The translations under genes were made by a program, and so were the position numbers. 64,000 nucleotides of DNA from NCBI GenBank assembly GCA_963753545.1, contig CAVWCQ010000008.1, positions 300,645 through 364,644 on the forward strand. The letters are read 5' to 3'. Under the pieces are notes generated by a model. The model did no database searches and had not been told where the DNA came from. It was given only the letters and a program-made list of their open reading frames with translations. Each line of letters begins with the position of its first letter. The stretch's first letter is position 1. This DNA comes from an uncultured Chloroflexia bacterium. Its GTDB lineage: Bacteria > Chloroflexota > Anaerolineae > Aggregatilineales > Aggregatilineaceae. This document shows positions 9,208 through 19,928 of this stretch, in pieces.

Positions 9208-10383
9208 ATGCGTTTTTTGATTCGGGTCGCTTTTGTCGTCTTTGGACTGCTGATTATCCTCTTCAGCAGCACGGTCTACCTGTGGCATCGTATTTATCCC
9301 GTAGCTCCCTCATCGTGGATTCTGTTCGAATCGGACCGTGACGGTAACAGCACCAATCTGTACCAGATGCGCACCGATGGCTCCGCGGTACGCACCATGA
9401 CCCAGCATCAGGGCATTGTCACCATGCCCACCTGGTCCCCCGACAGCAAACGAATCGCCTACCAACTGCGCCACCGCAACAGCTTTGAAGTGTACGTTAT
9501 CGATACGGATAACGGTTCCGAACGCACGATTGCGGATTTATCGGCGCGGCCCGCCCGCTCGCTGGAATGGTCTCCACGCGGCGATTGGATTGTCTTCAGC
9601 GCCTACCGGGGCGGCGTGTACCGCCTTTACCGCATGCGGCCCGATGGCAGCCAGATCGACTTTATTGCCAGCATTCCCCTGGTCAACGAACAATCCTATT
9701 TCTGGTCCCCCGATGGCGAATGGATCGCCCTGTTCTCGCCCGATAAGCAGGACTTGAAAGCCGATCTCTACCGGGTGCGCGTGGATGGCAGCGGCTTGCA
9801 GCATCTCACCGATGTCAATTCCAGCGCAGCGACTCTCTCAGTGGGGTGGTCGCCCGACAGCCAGTGGATATCCTTCACGGGCTATGCCGACAAAAAAGCG
9901 TCTTTCTACCGGATGCCAGCCAGCGGCGGCACGGTGCAGAACCTGACGCCGGAACCGCTCTCTCTGCAAGGATTATATCGCCCCGCATGGTCGCCGGATG
10001 GGCAGTGGATCGCTTTTCTGTCTTTCCGCGAATATATCTTCGATGTGCATATCATGCGGACCGACGGCAGCGATTTGCAGCGCGTGACCAGCCTTGCAGT
10101 CGGCAATGCCTTTGAGGATTTAACGTGGTCGCCCGACAGCAAGTGGCTGATCTTCCGTGCCTACCAGAACGGCAACAGCCATTCCAATATTCTGCGCATC
10201 CGTCCCGACGGTACAGGGCTGGAACATCTGACCAGCTCCTTTGCCTACGATGATGACCCCGTGACATCGCCGCCGATCCACGTGCGTTCGCGCCCCATGA
10301 GCGCGCTGCTGTTGGGTCTGTGCAGCGTCGTGGTCGGGATGGCTGTCCGGCCCCAGCACAACGATCACCGGGCGTCTGCCTGA
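9208..10383 (+). CDS. PD40/TolB-like beta-propeller repeat protein with N-terminal membrane anchor
   Basis: Repeated WSPDG/WSPDS blades. N-terminal hydrophobic helix. Confidence 0.7.
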   Translation: MRFLIRVAFVVFGLLIILFSSTVYLWHRIYPVAPSSWILFESDRDGNSTNLYQMRTDGSAVRTMTQHQGIVTMPTWSPDSKRIAYQLRHRNSFEVYVIDTDNGSERTIADLSARPARSLEWSPRGDWIVFSAYRGGVYRLYRMRPDGSQIDFIASIPLVNEQSYFWSPDGEWIALFSPDKQDLKADLYRVRVDGSGLQHLTDVNSSAATLSVGWSPDSQWISFTGYADKKASFYRMPASGGTVQNLTPEPLSLQGLYRPAWSPDGQWIAFLSFREYIFDVHIMRTDGSDLQRVTSLAVGNAFEDLTWSPDSKWLIFRAYQNGNSHSNILRIRPDGTGLEHLTSSFAYDDDPVTSPPIHVRSRPMSALLLGLCSVVVGMAVRPQHNDHRASA

Positions 10384-10552
10384 CAGCCGCGCCCCAACTC
10401 GCCAACCGCCGCTATACTCAGACTGGTCCACAGAATCGGTATCCTACCCCTCTCCAGCGCAGACTGGAGAGGGGAGTCTCAGCCGTTTTTGCTGAGACGG
10501 GGTGAGGTGTCGCCCGCGACCCACAACGTTTATTTCTTTCTCAGAGTGATTG

Positions 10553-10590
10553 CTTTTCTCTTGATTTCTTTGCGCTCTTTGCGTTCTTTG
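10553..10590 (-). repeat. REP1 copy (reverse orientation), abutting MITE-like element copy 1
   Basis: TTTTCTCTTGATTTCTTTGCGCTCTTTGCGTTCTTTG. Confidence 0.65.
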
Positions 10591-10762
10591 TAGATCATCG
10601 AAAGTCGTGCAATGAACAGTGTTTTCCCCTTCCCCCGCGGCTGCGAAGCAAGCAAGCTGTGGGGGAAGGGTGGCTGAACATGCTTTTCCGTTCAGCCGGG
10701 ATGAGGGCCTGCCCGCGATCCGCAACGCTCATTCATCTCACAAAATTGCATTACTTTCATTG
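10591..10762 (+). repeat. MITE-like structured repeat, copy 1 (~175 bp, imperfect CAATGAA termini)
   Basis: Near-identical to the reverse complement of 36573..36748. Internal hairpins CCCCTTCCCCC...GGGGGAAGGG and GGCTGAAC...GTTCAGCC. The track ORF N-terminus MGEGWLNMLFRSAGMRACPRS... is a translation artefact of this element. Confidence 0.7.
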
Positions 10763-10816
10763 TTTTACTTTTGCGGTGATATTTTGTGTTCTTGTTTTCC
10801 GAACCAGGAAGGCATT

Positions 10817-11741
10817 TATGTCCGTCTACGAGGTCGTAAACCTGACCAAGATATATCCAAAGGCGGCTGTTCCGGCGAACGACGGGATCAATCTGACGGT
10901 CGAAGAGGGCGAAATCTTCGGCCTGCTGGGGGATAACGGCGCAGGCAAAACGACGCTGGTACGGCAGTTGGCGAATCTGCTGGCCCCAACGAGCGGTACG
11001 ATCCGCCTGTTTGGACAGGAACTAACGGCTTCACCCCTCTATTCGCCGGGGCAAATCGGCTATATGCCCCAAAACGGTATGGCTCTCAACAACCTCACGG
11101 TGGGCGAAACGCTCTATTTTACGGCACATTTACGCGGATTGTCCCGGCAGGATGCCCGCGCCGAACGGGATCGCCTGCTCGATCTACTCGACCTGGGCAC
11201 CGTGCGGGATCGCATGGCTCCGCGCATCAGCGGCGGTCAGCGGCGGCTGGCTCTGCTGGCGGCGACGATGGCGGCCTCTCCGTCTGTGCTGCTGCTCGAC
11301 GAACCGACCAACGATCTCGATCCGCAGCACCGCCGCCTCGTCTGGGATGTGGTACGGCAGGCCAACCAGCAGCGCGGCATCACGATTATCCTGGTAACGC
11401 ACAACGTCATCGAAGCGGAACGGGCGATTGGGCGGGTCGGAATTATGCGCGCCGGGCGGCTGATCGCGCTGGGACGTCCGGGAGCACTCAAAGCCGAATT
11501 GAACAAGCAGCTTCGCCTGGAAATTGTGTTTCCGCCGGGCAGCCCGCCCACCTTGCCGGAGGGTGCCGCGCCACGCACCGTCGCGCCAGGGCGCTGGCAG
11601 CTTTTGATCAACCGGGCCGACGCGCCGCTGTACCTGAACGCGCTGAACGGGACCAGCACCGTTGAGGACTTTACCCTGAGCACCGCTACGCTGGAAGATT
11701 TGGTTCTCTCGCTGGCTGAACCGGGAGCCGAAACACGATGA
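10817..11741 (+). CDS. ABC transporter ATP-binding protein
   Basis: Walker A GDNGAGKTT, signature SGGQRR, Walker B LLLDEPTNDLD. The track ORF 5' extension covers a repeat element. Confidence 0.85.
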
Positions 11742-12497
11742 ACCGCCACCACCAACCGTTTGCCGTCCAACTATTGAACCTGACGCTGATCCAGCTTGCC
11801 AACTGGCGCTGGTCGTGGCGGGGAATGTTGATCACGGCAGTTGTCGCGCCCGTGCTGACTACTCTCGGCCTGAGCGCGTTTGTTGCCCACAGTGACACCG
11901 AGACGCTGGCTTACATCCTGTCCGGCAATCTCGTCATGTCGCTGTTGTTCGGCACGCTGAATAATGTGGCGGGGCATTTTTCCTATATGCGCATTGTCGG
12001 ACGTATGGATTTTTTCGCCACGCTGCCCATTTACCGCGTGACTCTGATCATCGCCACCGTGTTCGCTTTTCTGGTTCTGGCTCTGCCATCCACGATCGTT
12101 GAGTCTCATCCTCGGCGCTCTGATCCTGCACCTCGATCTGCACATCAGCCCGCTGATCCTGCTGGTGATTCCCCTGACCGGAATGGCCCTCAGCGCGGTC
12201 GGGGCGATTATCGGGCTGGTGATGCGCACGCCGGAAGAGGTCGGGGCGGTCAGCACGCTGCTCACTTTCCTGCTGGTCGGCTTCGGCCCGGTGCTCGTCC
12301 CGCCGGATCGCCTGCCGGGACCTGTCGAGCAGATCAGTCTGATTTCCCCGGCGACCTATGCCGCGTCTGCCCTGCGCCAGACGCTGCTCGGCATGCCGGA
12401 TCGGATTCCGCTGGGCATCGATCTGATCGTGTTGGCGGCGGTGCTGGCCGGATCGTTGTGGATCGCCGGGATGAAGATGGACTGGCGGCAGAGTTAG
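11738..12497 (+). CDS. ABC-2 type transporter permease with an apparent frameshift near 12100
   Basis: Hydrophobic N-terminal half in one frame and the C-terminal TM half (12099..12497) in another. Start overlaps the ATPase gene stop. Confidence 0.6.
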
Positions 12498-12816
12498 GTT
12501 CGAAGTCAGTTAGAGGGTCTTGTGCTCTTAGAACATCCGTGCTAAAATAGTATTGTGATCACTGTATCCTTTCTCTGCTTTTCTTTTGAGGGTCAGGGCG
12601 TAGGTTAAGAAATGGTTAGGGAGACCCCTCAAAAAATAGTATGCCGAGGATCGCCACGAGAAGAAATGGTCAAGAAGTGATCAACTAGCCAATTTCTTCG
12701 GCTGACTCGGTTCCGGGATTTCTATTAAGATGTTTATGAAAGGCCCGCAAATACAACAAAAATCGAGCCTAAATGATCAAAAAAACCGTCTAGTTGAATT
12801 TTGCAGCCCGTCTTTT

Positions 12817-13722
12817 TTACCCCAACGGCTGAATCAACTCGATCCGGTTGCCGAACGGGTCGCGGCATTCCAGGCGATCAAAGCCGGGAATCGGAATCGA
12901 CTCCAACATCGGCACGCTGTGTTGATCCAGCCATTTTCGCCACGCCGCCAGATCGGTGACCTGATAGGCGAAATGCGCTCGGGTCGCCGCGCGATTGATG
13001 CCATCCTCGACGCCAACATGTACCTGCTGATCGCCCACCGCCAGCCAGAATCCGCCGCGCCCGCCGAGAGAGTCCGGTTTGGGGATTTCCAGCAAGCCGA
13101 GCACCTCGCTGTAAAAACGGCGGGCTTCCGCTTCCGCGCCCACCGGGATCGTTACCATAACATGATTGAGCCGGGTGATCGAGCCGGGCAGTCCGGGGCG
13201 GGGCCGTTCCCAGCCGATCAACCCGTCCGGGCGCAGTCCCAGGCGGCGCATGCCCGCTTTTTCCAACACGCGGATCGAGGCGGCATTACTGGCTAAACAG
13301 TCAGCAGTCACCCGCCTCACGCTCGGCTGGGTGAAGGCCCAGGCAATCAGGCCGCGTGCTGCTTCAGTGGCGTAGCCTTTCCCCTCGTGTTCGGCGCGCA
13401 CCCCGTAGCCAATATCAACCGCGCCGCTGGTGTCAGGACGGCCCTTAAAGCCGATGTCGCCTACAATGCGCGGCTCCTCGCGGCGGACCATCGTCCAGAT
13501 ACCCCAGACCGCCGCCTCCGGATCTTTTTCCACGATCTGGCGGTAGAGCGGCAGATAGTCACGCAGATCGGGCGAGAGCCAGTCCTCCGGCACGTTCGCT
13601 CCCATCCGGGCCGCTGCCTGCCGCGTATCGCTTTGCAGCAGGCTCACCAGTTCGAGCGAGAGGGGAATCAGGACCAGCCGTTCGGTGATCACGCGGTTGG
13701 GGTCAGAGTGGATGAGTCCCAT
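12817..13722 (-). CDS. GNAT N-acetyltransferase fused to a glyoxalase/VOC-family domain
   Basis: N-terminal GNAT motifs (GDIGF...HEGKGYATEA). C-terminal VOC-like repeat (HVMVTIP...FYSEVLGL...HFAYQV). Confidence 0.55.
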   Translation of the reverse strand: MGLIHSDPNRVITERLVLIPLSLELVSLLQSDTRQAAARMGANVPEDWLSPDLRDYLPLYRQIVEKDPEAAVWGIWTMVRREEPRIVGDIGFKGRPDTSGAVDIGYGVRAEHEGKGYATEAARGLIAWAFTQPSVRRVTADCLASNAASIRVLEKAGMRRLGLRPDGLIGWERPRPGLPGSITRLNHVMVTIPVGAEAEARRFYSEVLGLLEIPKPDSLGGRGGFWLAVGDQQVHVGVEDGINRAATRAHFAYQVTDLAAWRKWLDQHSVPMLESIPIPGFDRLECRDPFGNRIELIQPLG

Positions 13723-13947
13723 ACACTGTGCCTTTCAGTTCAGAGTCAGGTTTCAGCGTAAAATTATCGCACACTTATGCACCACATCAACTGTGTTCGA
13801 TTTTATGGTGCCGCCCTGCGATATCGCCATTGGGCCGCTGCGGGGTCGTGCACAATCCCTGATGACCGGCGAGCAGAGGAATGTGATCGGACTTGAGCAT
13901 CACCCCGGTCCATAATGGTATACTAGAGGAGGGGGATTCTTTAGTGC

Positions 13948-15831
13948 TTGACTGGGAACATGTGTATGTCCACTGCGCGCAATGTATCTGAGCCGGCTGC
14001 TCAAATCCTGGACACCATCAGTGATGGTTTTTTTGCGCTGGATGACGATCTGGTGGTGACCTATTTCAATTCTGCCGCTGAGCTGATCTTAGGGCGAAAA
14101 CGCGATGAGGTGCTTGGCCGCCCTCTGTTTGATTCCTTCCCGGAGGCACGCGGGTCAATCTTCGAGGAAAAATATACCTGGGCGCTTCGTGAGCGCCAGT
14201 TTGTCACGTTTGATACCTATTTTGACGTGCCCCCCTATCGCAACTGGTACGAAGTGCGGGTTTACCCGCAGCGGCAGGGCATCGCCGTCTACTTTAAGAC
14301 CGACACCGACCGCAAACTGGCGGCAGAGGCCCTCCGTATGAGCGAGGCGCGCTTCCGGGCAGCGCAGGAACTCTCGCTGGATGCCTTCACCGTGCTGGAA
14401 AGTGTGCGCGATGAGCGAGGAACGATTGTGGACTTTTGCTGGGTCTACGTCAATCCGGCGGCAGGGCATATTCTGCGCCACCCGCCCGAAGAACTCGTCA
14501 ACCAGTGTCTGCTCGCGGTGCTGCCGGGAAGCAAAGAGTTGAGTGATCTCTTTGAGCGTTATGTGCGCGTCGTCGAGACAGGCGAACCTCACGATATTGA
14601 ACTGCATTACGATTCGGAAGGCATCGAGGGCTGGTTCCGCAATATGGCTGTCAAGCTGAATGATGGTCTCGCCGTTTCCTTCAGCGATATCACGGAGCGC
14701 AAGCGCACCGAAAAGCACCTGCGCCTGCTTGAGACGGTAGCCGCGTCCCTTTCGGCGGCTATCACTCCCACCCAGGCGACGGAGATCATTATCACGCAGG
14801 GATTCTCGGCAATCGGCGCGGCGGCGGGCAGCGTGTTCATCCTCCGTGATCCCTACATCTTTGAATTGGTGAAAAGCGTGGGCTATTCGCCTGAATTGGT
14901 TGAATCCTGGAAGCAGATTGACGTGCGCACGGCATCGGCCCCCTTAGCGACAGCGATTCGCAACAAGGCCCCCGTTTTTTTGGGATCGTGGGCGGATCGC
15001 CAGGGAGAGTATGCGCCGGATCAAACCCGCCCGGTGGATACCGTTCACCAGGCGTGGGCCGCGCTCCCGCTGATTGTCAATGAACGGGTGATCGGCGGCA
15101 TTGGCCTCAGTTATACGAAACCCCGTGCTTTTGATGACGAAGAACGCCGTTTTATGACGACGTTGGCTCATCACTGCGCTCAGGCCCTGGAGCGAACGCG
15201 CCTGACCGAACAGGCGAAAGAACTGGCGGCTACTGCCGAACGGCAGCGGCTGGCGCGCGATTTGCACGACGCGGTCAGCCAGGTGCTGTTCTCCTCGACG
15301 ACGATTGCCGAGGCACTTCCTCGCCAATGGGAGCGTGACCCGGAAACCACGTTTGATCTGCTGAAACAGGTGGTCGTGTTCAACCGGGCGGCGATGGCTG
15401 AAATGCGGACGTTGCTGTTTGAACTGCGCCCGGAATCGATCGAACATACCGACCTGGGAACGCTGCTCAATTATCTGGTGGATGCCTCGCGAGGCCGCAA
15501 GCTGATGGAAGCGACTCTGGTTGTGGAAGGGGAACCCTGCCGCCTGCCGCCCGACGTGCACATTGCTCTCTACCGGATTGCGCAGGAGAGCATCAATAAC
15601 ATCCTCAAGCACAGCCAGGCAGCCGCCTGTACGGTCCTCCTGTCGCAGGAGGCGGGCGGTATTGTGCTGTCTGTACGTGACAATGGGCAGGGTTTTGATG
15701 TCGGTAAGTTCTCCGGCGGGCTTGGCCTTAGCATCATGCAGGAACGGGCGGAGGCTATCGGCGCGAAGCTGACGATTGCCAGCCAACCGGGGGGCGGCAC
15801 ACTGGTCCAGGTCCAGTGGCGGCCCGCGTAG
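13948..15831 (+). CDS. PAS/GAF sensor histidine kinase (HisKA_3 / NarX-like)
   Basis: PAS regions, H-box RLARDLHDAVSQ and HATPase_c motifs (RDNGQGFD, GGLGLSIM). Confidence 0.8.
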   Translation: MTGNMCMSTARNVSEPAAQILDTISDGFFALDDDLVVTYFNSAAELILGRKRDEVLGRPLFDSFPEARGSIFEEKYTWALRERQFVTFDTYFDVPPYRNWYEVRVYPQRQGIAVYFKTDTDRKLAAEALRMSEARFRAAQELSLDAFTVLESVRDERGTIVDFCWVYVNPAAGHILRHPPEELVNQCLLAVLPGSKELSDLFERYVRVVETGEPHDIELHYDSEGIEGWFRNMAVKLNDGLAVSFSDITERKRTEKHLRLLETVAASLSAAITPTQATEIIITQGFSAIGAAAGSVFILRDPYIFELVKSVGYSPELVESWKQIDVRTASAPLATAIRNKAPVFLGSWADRQGEYAPDQTRPVDTVHQAWAALPLIVNERVIGGIGLSYTKPRAFDDEERRFMTTLAHHCAQALERTRLTEQAKELAATAERQRLARDLHDAVSQVLFSSTTIAEALPRQWERDPETTFDLLKQVVVFNRAAMAEMRTLLFELRPESIEHTDLGTLLNYLVDASRGRKLMEATLVVEGEPCRLPPDVHIALYRIAQESINNILKHSQAAACTVLLSQEAGGIVLSVRDNGQGFDVGKFSGGLGLSIMQERAEAIGAKLTIASQPGGGTLVQVQWRPA

Positions 15832-15832
15832 G

Positions 15833-16444
15833 CTAGTTTCCTGGTGGCGGGCCAACCACGCTAATGATGCCCGTTACCGGGTTCGCGTCCTGCGTCACCA
15901 CCCAGATAAAATAAACTCCTTTGCTCATATTGGAGAAGGACAGCATATTATTCTCGGCGGCGGTGGGCGTACACCACCACTGGGCATTCATTAAGTCCCA
16001 CAGCATCAGGCTGACTGGCTTGCCACGCTGTTTGGTTGGCACAAACTGAATATCGACTGCACCTGAATCTTCGACCCAGACCAGCCCCAGCGTAGCCTGC
16101 GGGGTTGTATAGCCGCCCAGGCAGCTCCCAGCGGCGTCGATGGCTGTATCCCCACCAGCAACTACATTACTTTCGTAAAAGCTGGGCGAATAGGTCGGAG
16201 CCGCCACATTGATCCCTAACAGCGGATTCACATCAATGCGCAGATCGGCGGCGGAGCCAGCCAACTCGCCGCGAACACTGGAGCCAGGCAGCCCTGACAA
16301 ACCGGGCGGCGCTGACTGTCCCGCCACAGTTGGCGTCGGAGATGGATTGCTCTGGGCGATAGACACAGCAGAAACCGATAAGAGGGCGGCGACAAGAACA
16401 CACAAACAAACAGCGCTCACGATAAGCCTGTTGTACCGCTGCAT
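15833..16444 (-). CDS. secreted hypothetical protein (signal peptide)
   Basis: MQRYNRLIVSAVCLCVLVAALLSVSAVSIAQS signal-like N-terminus. No known domain. Confidence 0.4.
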   Translation of the reverse strand: MQRYNRLIVSAVCLCVLVAALLSVSAVSIAQSNPSPTPTVAGQSAPPGLSGLPGSSVRGELAGSAADLRIDVNPLLGINVAAPTYSPSFYESNVVAGGDTAIDAAGSCLGGYTTPQATLGLVWVEDSGAVDIQFVPTKQRGKPVSLMLWDLMNAQWWCTPTAAENNMLSFSNMSKGVYFIWVVTQDANPVTGIISVVGPPPGN

Positions 16445-17760
16445 AGACGGACTCCTTACTATCCACGTACGGCGGACGTTCTTGAGATTGTGACTACTCC
16501 CCACGCCTAAAGGCGGGGGCTTCTATCGGACCGGGCCGAAGGCTCGTTAGTCCACGAGCCAGAATATTTAAAGCAGCGTTTAAATCGCGGTCTATTCTCA
16601 GGCCGCAGTGAGGACAGTCGTGGATTCGCACACTCAACGCTTTGGGAACAGTCGCGCCACAGCCGGAACACAGTTGCGTCGTGCCTCTGGGGTTGACACG
16701 CAGTACAACACGCCCGGCGCTCTCAGCCTTGTACGTGGAGAACTGCACGAATTGAGCCCAGGCCACATCGGCAATATTGCGGTTGATGACTCGCTTCCTG
16801 TCCGACTGCATATCCTGGATGTCCAGGTCTTCAAACACCATCACCTGATAGGCATCCACCAACTGGCGCGACGCCTGATGAGCAAAGTTCGTTCGTCTGT
16901 TCGCCGCACGGCGATAGGCATGATTGAGCGCGCGCAGGACGCGGCGTCGCGCCGGGCTGTCGGTGGCATACCGTTCTTTTTGGCGCTGCAAGCGGGCAAT
17001 ATCCGCCGCGTCCTGTTTCATCCAGCGCTGGCGCTTGATCTGACCCCCGTCCGACAGGGTGGCGAACGTCTTCAATCCGAGGTCAATGCCCACCACGTGA
17101 TCGACCAGCGGCAGCGGTTCGGCTGTCGACGGCACACGACAAGCAGGCAGACCAGTTGCCGACCGTATCGCGGCGGATGGTGACCGTTTTAATGGTTCCT
17201 TCAACCGGACGGTGCACTTTCACCCGCACCTGACCGATTTTGGACAGCAAGAGCCGTTCGCCGTCCAGCCGAACGCCGTTCCCATACTGGGGATAGGTGA
17301 CGCTGTCGTACCACCCGCGCCCCTTAAAACGGGGGTAGCCCGCCGTCTCCCCCGCTTTGACGCGGCGGAAGAAAGCTTGAAAAGCGAGGTCAACACGCTT
17401 GCATGCCTCTTGCAGACTTTGCGAAAAGGCGTGGTTGAGGAAGGGTTGTTCGGTTTTCCAACCCGGGATCAGGTTGATGGTATCAAAACAGCTAAGGGTT
17501 TCGTGGTTCATCTCCCAGGCCTCGCGGCGTACCTCCAGGGTCGTGTTGTACACCCAGCGACAGGCGTCCAACGCGCGCAGCAAAGCACTCCGCTGGGCCG
17601 CCGTGGGCAGCAGTCGATACTTGAAAGTCCGGGTAAGCATCAGCCCTCCCAACAGCACCCCCCACCGAAACTTGCGTCTTGCTGAGGTACGTCCAGGCGG
17701 TAGGGTGCGCTGGACGCAAGCAGACCCTTCCTATCCTACCTCATCTTTCTTTCCGATTAC
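16440..17760 (-). mobile_element. IS1341/ISC-type element carrying only tnpB
   Basis: tnpB without tnpA. Ends are approximate and no clear terminal hairpins were verified by eye. Confidence 0.45.
16494..17658 (-). CDS. tnpB: IS200/IS605-family TnpB (OrfB) RNA-guided nuclease with an apparent frameshift near 17150
   Basis: N-terminal OrfB_IS605 region (17083..17658). C-terminal RuvC-like plus zinc-finger region (CSGCG...CPHCG) in a different frame (16494..17204). Confidence 0.8.
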
Positions 17761-17940
17761 AAAAGGCACGCCTTCTATCCTCACCGCTAAAGCGGGAGGT
17801 TTTACGGCGCTTTCTCGATAAGATGCGGGCCTTTTTCATGGGACTTCTCCTTGCATCAGTGGGTTTCTAGATTTTTTTATTGCCAGGGGAGGCCCCCTGC
17901 ACAATATCTTTGGCGGAGGAGTTGTAGAGATGCTTCTGTA

Positions 17941-17990
17941 CAAGAGAAAAGCGAAAAACAGATTTCACCGCGGAGAAAAGCAAAAGCGAG
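17941..17990 (+). repeat. REP1 copy
   Basis: CAAGAGAAAAGCGAAAAACAGATTTCACCGCGGAGAAAAGCAAAAGCGAG. Confidence 0.7.
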
Positions 17991-18145
17991 CGATCCATCG
18001 GATCGTCATTCAGATCGGAGTTTACACCTTTCCGCAAGGGGAGAGTCAAGGGGCTTAGAGGTTACGAGTGACACTTGTAAGTAATTTGACATACCCTAAA
18101 ATAATGATTGTTATTCGCGCACATCTCACAACCGGGGGGACACCA

Positions 18146-18826
18146 ATGCTTGAAAATACTTCGCAGCCATCTGATTTAGGCCCTATTGCCGCATCTGCAC
18201 CCTATGTACCACCAGCACAAAGCCACAGTTGGAGTCAGGCCTGCATCAAAGCGCTGACACAGCCGAAGGTGAAAGCCTACGAGGAATTGGCAAACGATAC
18301 AACGCTCACGCCGCGCCGTGTCTTCAACTGGATATTTGCAAGCACCTTTGTATCCGTCGCGATTTATTTCATTATCCTGTACCAGGCAACGAAAGCCGAT
18401 CTCGGCCCAGGCGAGCGCATGAATTCTGGTGGGGCGTTTTACTGCGGCACGGTTTTGGGAATCGTCATTGTTGGTTTACTGTCAATTCCTGTGCTTGTCG
18501 CCGGGGCGAAGTTCCAGCAGTTTATTGCCAGGATGCTGGGCGGAACGGGCAATTATCGCCAGTTGGTTGTTACTCATGCCGCGCTTTCTGCTCCTCTCTT
18601 TCCTTTTTTCTTTTTGCCCGCGGCAGGTGTAGTCGTTTCAGAAGGAGACTATGCCTTTTTGTATATCATTACCCTGGCGGCGATGGTTTACGGAGTTGTC
18701 CTCAGCATTGTTGCCATGAAAGCAGTCAATAAGTTAGGCTGGGGGAAAGCCGTGATTCCGCCCGTCGTCTGGACGATCCTCACCATTTCGCTGTCCGTTG
18801 CGTACACGGTGGCCCGGTTTAGTTAA
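18146..18826 (+). CDS. Yip1-family-like membrane protein
   Basis: Cytoplasmic N-terminus followed by ~5 TM helices. Lower GC than surroundings. Start chosen at the internal Met MLENTSQ. Confidence 0.45.
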   Translation: MLENTSQPSDLGPIAASAPYVPPAQSHSWSQACIKALTQPKVKAYEELANDTTLTPRRVFNWIFASTFVSVAIYFIILYQATKADLGPGERMNSGGAFYCGTVLGIVIVGLLSIPVLVAGAKFQQFIARMLGGTGNYRQLVVTHAALSAPLFPFFFLPAAGVVVSEGDYAFLYIITLAAMVYGVVLSIVAMKAVNKLGWGKAVIPPVVWTILTISLSVAYTVARFS

Positions 18827-18904
18827 GCGATTTTTCGGCTCAAAACTCAGATGAAAAGAGGGCGGGACTGTTTACCCGCCCTCCTGATATTCCAGGGGCT
18901 ATCG

Positions 18905-19921
18905 CTAGCGCAGCAGGGCCAGCGCCACACCGAGCATCGAGGCGAGGATGCCGACCAGCCAGAAGCGCTGTACAACCTGCGTTTCGCTCCAGCCAGACAG
19001 TTCAAAATGATGGTGGATGGGGGCCATACGGAAAAAACGTCTGCCGTGCGTTATTTTGACATAGAGGATTTGGATGATCACGCTGATCACTTCGGCCATT
19101 GGGATGACGGCGATCACTGGCAGTAGGAGCCACTGCCCGGTCATGAGGGCGACCATCCCCAGCGCGCCGCCGAGCGCCAGCGATCCGACATCGCCCATGA
19201 ACAGTTGGGCAGGGTGGGCGTTGTACCATAAAAAGCCGAAACACGCGCCAACCATGATAAAGCAGAACTGGACGAGGAATGTTTGCCCTTGCAGGTGAGC
19301 GATCACGCCATAGGCGGCAAAGGCACTGGCCGTGATGATTCCTGACAGACCGTCCAGGCCATCGGTGAAGTTAACGGCATTACTCGCGGCAACAATGATA
19401 AACATCGCCACCGGAATCCAGACCCAGACAGGAAGCTTGATAAAGTCGGGATAGAGGGGGATATAAACGCCGTTGGCATTCTGCACACCGCCGCCGACAA
19501 AAGCCATCACGATGGCGACGGCAAGGGCCAGCAACCCCTGTGCCGAAAATTTGGTACGGGCACGGATGCCCTCGCCGCGTTCGCGCAGGCCGCGAATCCC
19601 CTCAATATCGTCAATCGCGCCCAACAGTCCAAAGCTGATCAGAACAAACAACGGCAGCAGGATGCTCGACCCGGTGAGGCTTTCCTGGACGAGCCGGGCG
19701 AGGTTAAGTCCCAGCGTGATCAAGACGACCGGGACCAGAATCAGGATGCCGCCCATCGTCGGAGTTCCGGCTTTGACCAGATGAGACTGCGGCCCGGCAG
19801 CGCAAATCTGCTTGCCGATGCGCAGCCGCCGCAAAATCTCGACGAATGGCCCTCCCCAGATGGCGGTCAGCAGAAACGTGATCGCCCCCAGGGTGAGCGC
19901 GAACGGGAGTTCTGGTGTCAT
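18905..19921 (-). CDS. mraY: phospho-N-acetylmuramoyl-pentapeptide transferase
   Basis: Polytopic membrane protein with MraY motifs (NAVNFTDGLDGL, HHHFE). Internal Met start chosen; the track start at 19957 would overlap the RR gene. Confidence 0.85.
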   Translation of the reverse strand: MTPELPFALTLGAITFLLTAIWGGPFVEILRRLRIGKQICAAGPQSHLVKAGTPTMGGILILVPVVLITLGLNLARLVQESLTGSSILLPLFVLISFGLLGAIDDIEGIRGLRERGEGIRARTKFSAQGLLALAVAIVMAFVGGGVQNANGVYIPLYPDFIKLPVWVWIPVAMFIIVAASNAVNFTDGLDGLSGIITASAFAAYGVIAHLQGQTFLVQFCFIMVGACFGFLWYNAHPAQLFMGDVGSLALGGALGMVALMTGQWLLLPVIAVIPMAEVISVIIQILYVKITHGRRFFRMAPIHHHFELSGWSETQVVQRFWLVGILASMLGVALALLR

Positions 19922-19928
19922 GGCAACG

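Noticed and set aside
10659-10816. 5' extension of the ABC ATPase ORF. The same peptide MGEGWLNMLFRSAGMRACPRS appears on the other strand at 36091-36726.
   Set aside because: It is a translation of the MITE-like repeat present in two inverted copies. It is not a real coding region and not evidence for a duplicated gene.
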